From IMG/VR virus record IMGVR_UViG_3300028454_001154: 35,597 nucleotides of DNA; one strand, 5' to 3'. This DNA comes from an uncultured virus (IMG/VR IMGVR_UViG_3300028454_001154). Taxonomy: Duplodnaviria; Heunggongvirae; Uroviricota; Caudoviricetes. Shown here piece after piece: positions 34,278-35,597 of the stretch. The stretch's first letter is position 1; each line of letters opens with the position of its first letter. The position numbers and the translations under genes were made by a program. The notes under the pieces were generated by a model. That model saw only the letters and a program-made list of their open reading frames with translations, did no database searches and was not told the origin of the DNA.

Positions 34278-34668
34278 TTTAATGCTGGTGTCTACGGATC
34301 TTGAGCAGATTATCAAATCACTTGATCAGCTCCAGAAAGACTACATCTGGCACTACACGCAAGTTAAAGCCTGTGATGAGAAGACGCAGGACTATCTTCA
34401 CGCAATAGAGTTTGATGAACTTGGATATAAGGGACGAGCACGACTTGCTACACAGCTGGAAACGCTCCGAAAAGAACGGCGCCAACACAAGAACGCCGTG
34501 GAGCAGCTGAAAATCTTTGATGACTGGTATGAGTCTGGAGATGGACGCAAGGCACTACAAAAGCTGCGCCAGATACTCGGAAAGGTCAGAGATACAGAAA
34601 AAGTACAGAGTGTTCGCACATATACCAATAAGGTTGTCGGCAAAGAAGAAAGCAATACAAGGGGATAA
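34255..34668 (+). CDS. Coiled-coil phage protein
   Basis: 'QD.LH.IE', 'R.ERR..K', 'R.Y..KV'. Confidence 0.6.
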   Translation: MAWTSGNDLMLVSTDLEQIIKSLDQLQKDYIWHYTQVKACDEKTQDYLHAIEFDELGYKGRARLATQLETLRKERRQHKNAVEQLKIFDDWYESGDGRKALQKLRQILGKVRDTEKVQSVRTYTNKVVGKEESNTRG

Positions 34669-34671
34669 GAT

Positions 34672-35208
34672 ATGGAAGATAAGCCGAAGATCGATCATAA
34701 GCAGTGCAGAGTATGTTTCTTTCGTTTAAGATTGGCGGGAGCGGAAAACCAGACCGGATGCGATCTGCTTGGTATGACCGGAATATGCCGAATTACCAAT
34801 AAGCCCCTCGCGTTGCCCAATGGACTGTGCAAGTATTTTACGCAAGATCAGTCCATGCCCCCGCTTCGCATGAAAGGTGTCGATATCGAAAGCACATTCG
34901 ACAAAAGCGAGATCAGCAAGTTCATGCCTACCCCTGTCCTTAAGAATAAGACAAGAGCAAAGAAGAAGGTCGTTCAAATTGATCGGGATGGGAACATCTT
35001 AGCTGTTTTTTCAGGAGCACAGCAAGCGGCAGATAAAACAGGCACACGAAAAGAAACTGTTTATGGATCCTGCAACTGGAGAGCCATGAAGAGAACCGAG
35101 ACGTTCAGAGGTTGCGGAAAAAAAGGATACACATTCCGGTACACCACTGATCCGGATATAGCAGAACAGTATGAAGCGTATGAAAAAGCTAAAGGGAAAA
35201 CGATATGA
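34672..35208 (+). CDS. Cys-rich protein with NUMOD1-like DNA-binding C-terminus
   Basis: 'KKVVQ.D.DGN.LA.F.....AA...G......C....GY.FRY'. Confidence 0.6.
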   Translation: MEDKPKIDHKQCRVCFFRLRLAGAENQTGCDLLGMTGICRITNKPLALPNGLCKYFTQDQSMPPLRMKGVDIESTFDKSEISKFMPTPVLKNKTRAKKKVVQIDRDGNILAVFSGAQQAADKTGTRKETVYGSCNWRAMKRTETFRGCGKKGYTFRYTTDPDIAEQYEAYEKAKGKTI

Positions 35209-35340
35209 GACCTGTATCATCTGCGGCAATGTCTGGAATGTCAGTCTTGAGGCTGTAGTTCCGAAGGGAGGTTACATCTGTCCGGACTGTATAAGGCTCA
35301 ACAAGATAGCCAGAAACAGAATAAGGTCAAAAAGACGCAG

Positions 35341-35367
35341 CAAGAGGGTGTGACATGCACCCTCTTG
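35341..35367. terminator. Hairpin between convergent transcription units
   Basis: caagagggtgt-gac-atgcaccctcttg inverted repeat. Confidence 0.5.
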
Positions 35368-35390
35368 TCTGTTATAATAAATGAAAGTGT

Positions 35391-35597
35391 TCACCCTTTA
35401 CTTAGTACGGGATACTCCACATCGCCGCCTTTCAGGATTATCACCATATATTTATGGTTGATACCACGGCGAGACCGATTGGCTAAAGCATAGAATGAGT
35501 CCATGGAACTGCATCCGAGCTTTTTCCTGCATTCACGCGCTGTACCCGCAGCAATAAGTGTTTCCGTTACCCGGTCGTATATCTCATAGTAGTTCAT
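35391..35597 (-). CDS. Small hypothetical protein (possible HTH)
   Basis: 'Y.IYD...E.LIA.GTARECR.KLG....SFY'; convergent with the + strand block. Confidence 0.6.
   Translation of the reverse strand: MNYYEIYDRVTETLIAAGTARECRKKLGCSSMDSFYALANRSRRGINHKYMVIILKGGDVEYPVLSKG

Noticed and set aside
918..35229. Numerous long minus-strand ORFs (e.g. 10891-11871, 21487-22653, 23571-24506, 29390-30295)
   Set aside because: Antisense shadows of well-supported + strand genes, lacking RBSs and motifs.
1..35597. Stop-codon reassignment, tRNAs, integrase, reverse transcriptase, IS elements
   Set aside because: TAG, TGA and TAA all end genes cleanly at high coding density; no cloverleaf or relevant catalytic motifs were recognised.

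Overview
Segment of a large tailed-phage (or prophage) genome, probably infecting a Bacillota/Clostridia-type host, judged from strong AGGAGG RBSs, sigma70/SigA-like promoters, an M15 endolysin and a BspA-LRR protein. Standard genetic code; almost everything is on the + strand. 1-10.4 kb: baseplate, tail fibre and adhesin/receptor-binding genes (Kelch-like, CBM5/12-like, B-repeat, CHAP, BspA-LRR). 10.4-12.1 kb: lysis cassette. 12.3-16.1 kb: HD protein, DUF6273-like protein, dUTPase. 16.1-16.45 kb: GTNAC-repeat plus AT-rich non-coding element. 16.8-35.4 kb: dense small 'early/accessory' genes driven by a family of related promoters, several carrying a 14-bp palindrome (CTACCRAAYGGTAG). The standout is 27851-29441: a stand-alone RAMP/Cas7-like gene, then a ~260-nt non-coding array with 5-nt periodicity (GGY-like triplet + variable NN) split into units by AGGCAGGC and closed by a hairpin, then a conserved accessory gene. 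This resembles my recollection of recently reported VIPR-type non-contiguous RNA-guided systems. Reading only the NN pairs of unit 3 as codon positions 1-2 gives MFHVPVEKHGVNA, which I recognise from memory as a conserved segment of Bacillota phage family A DNA polymerases. That would be a wobble-proof guide against competing phages. No searches could be run; all family calls are from motif recognition.
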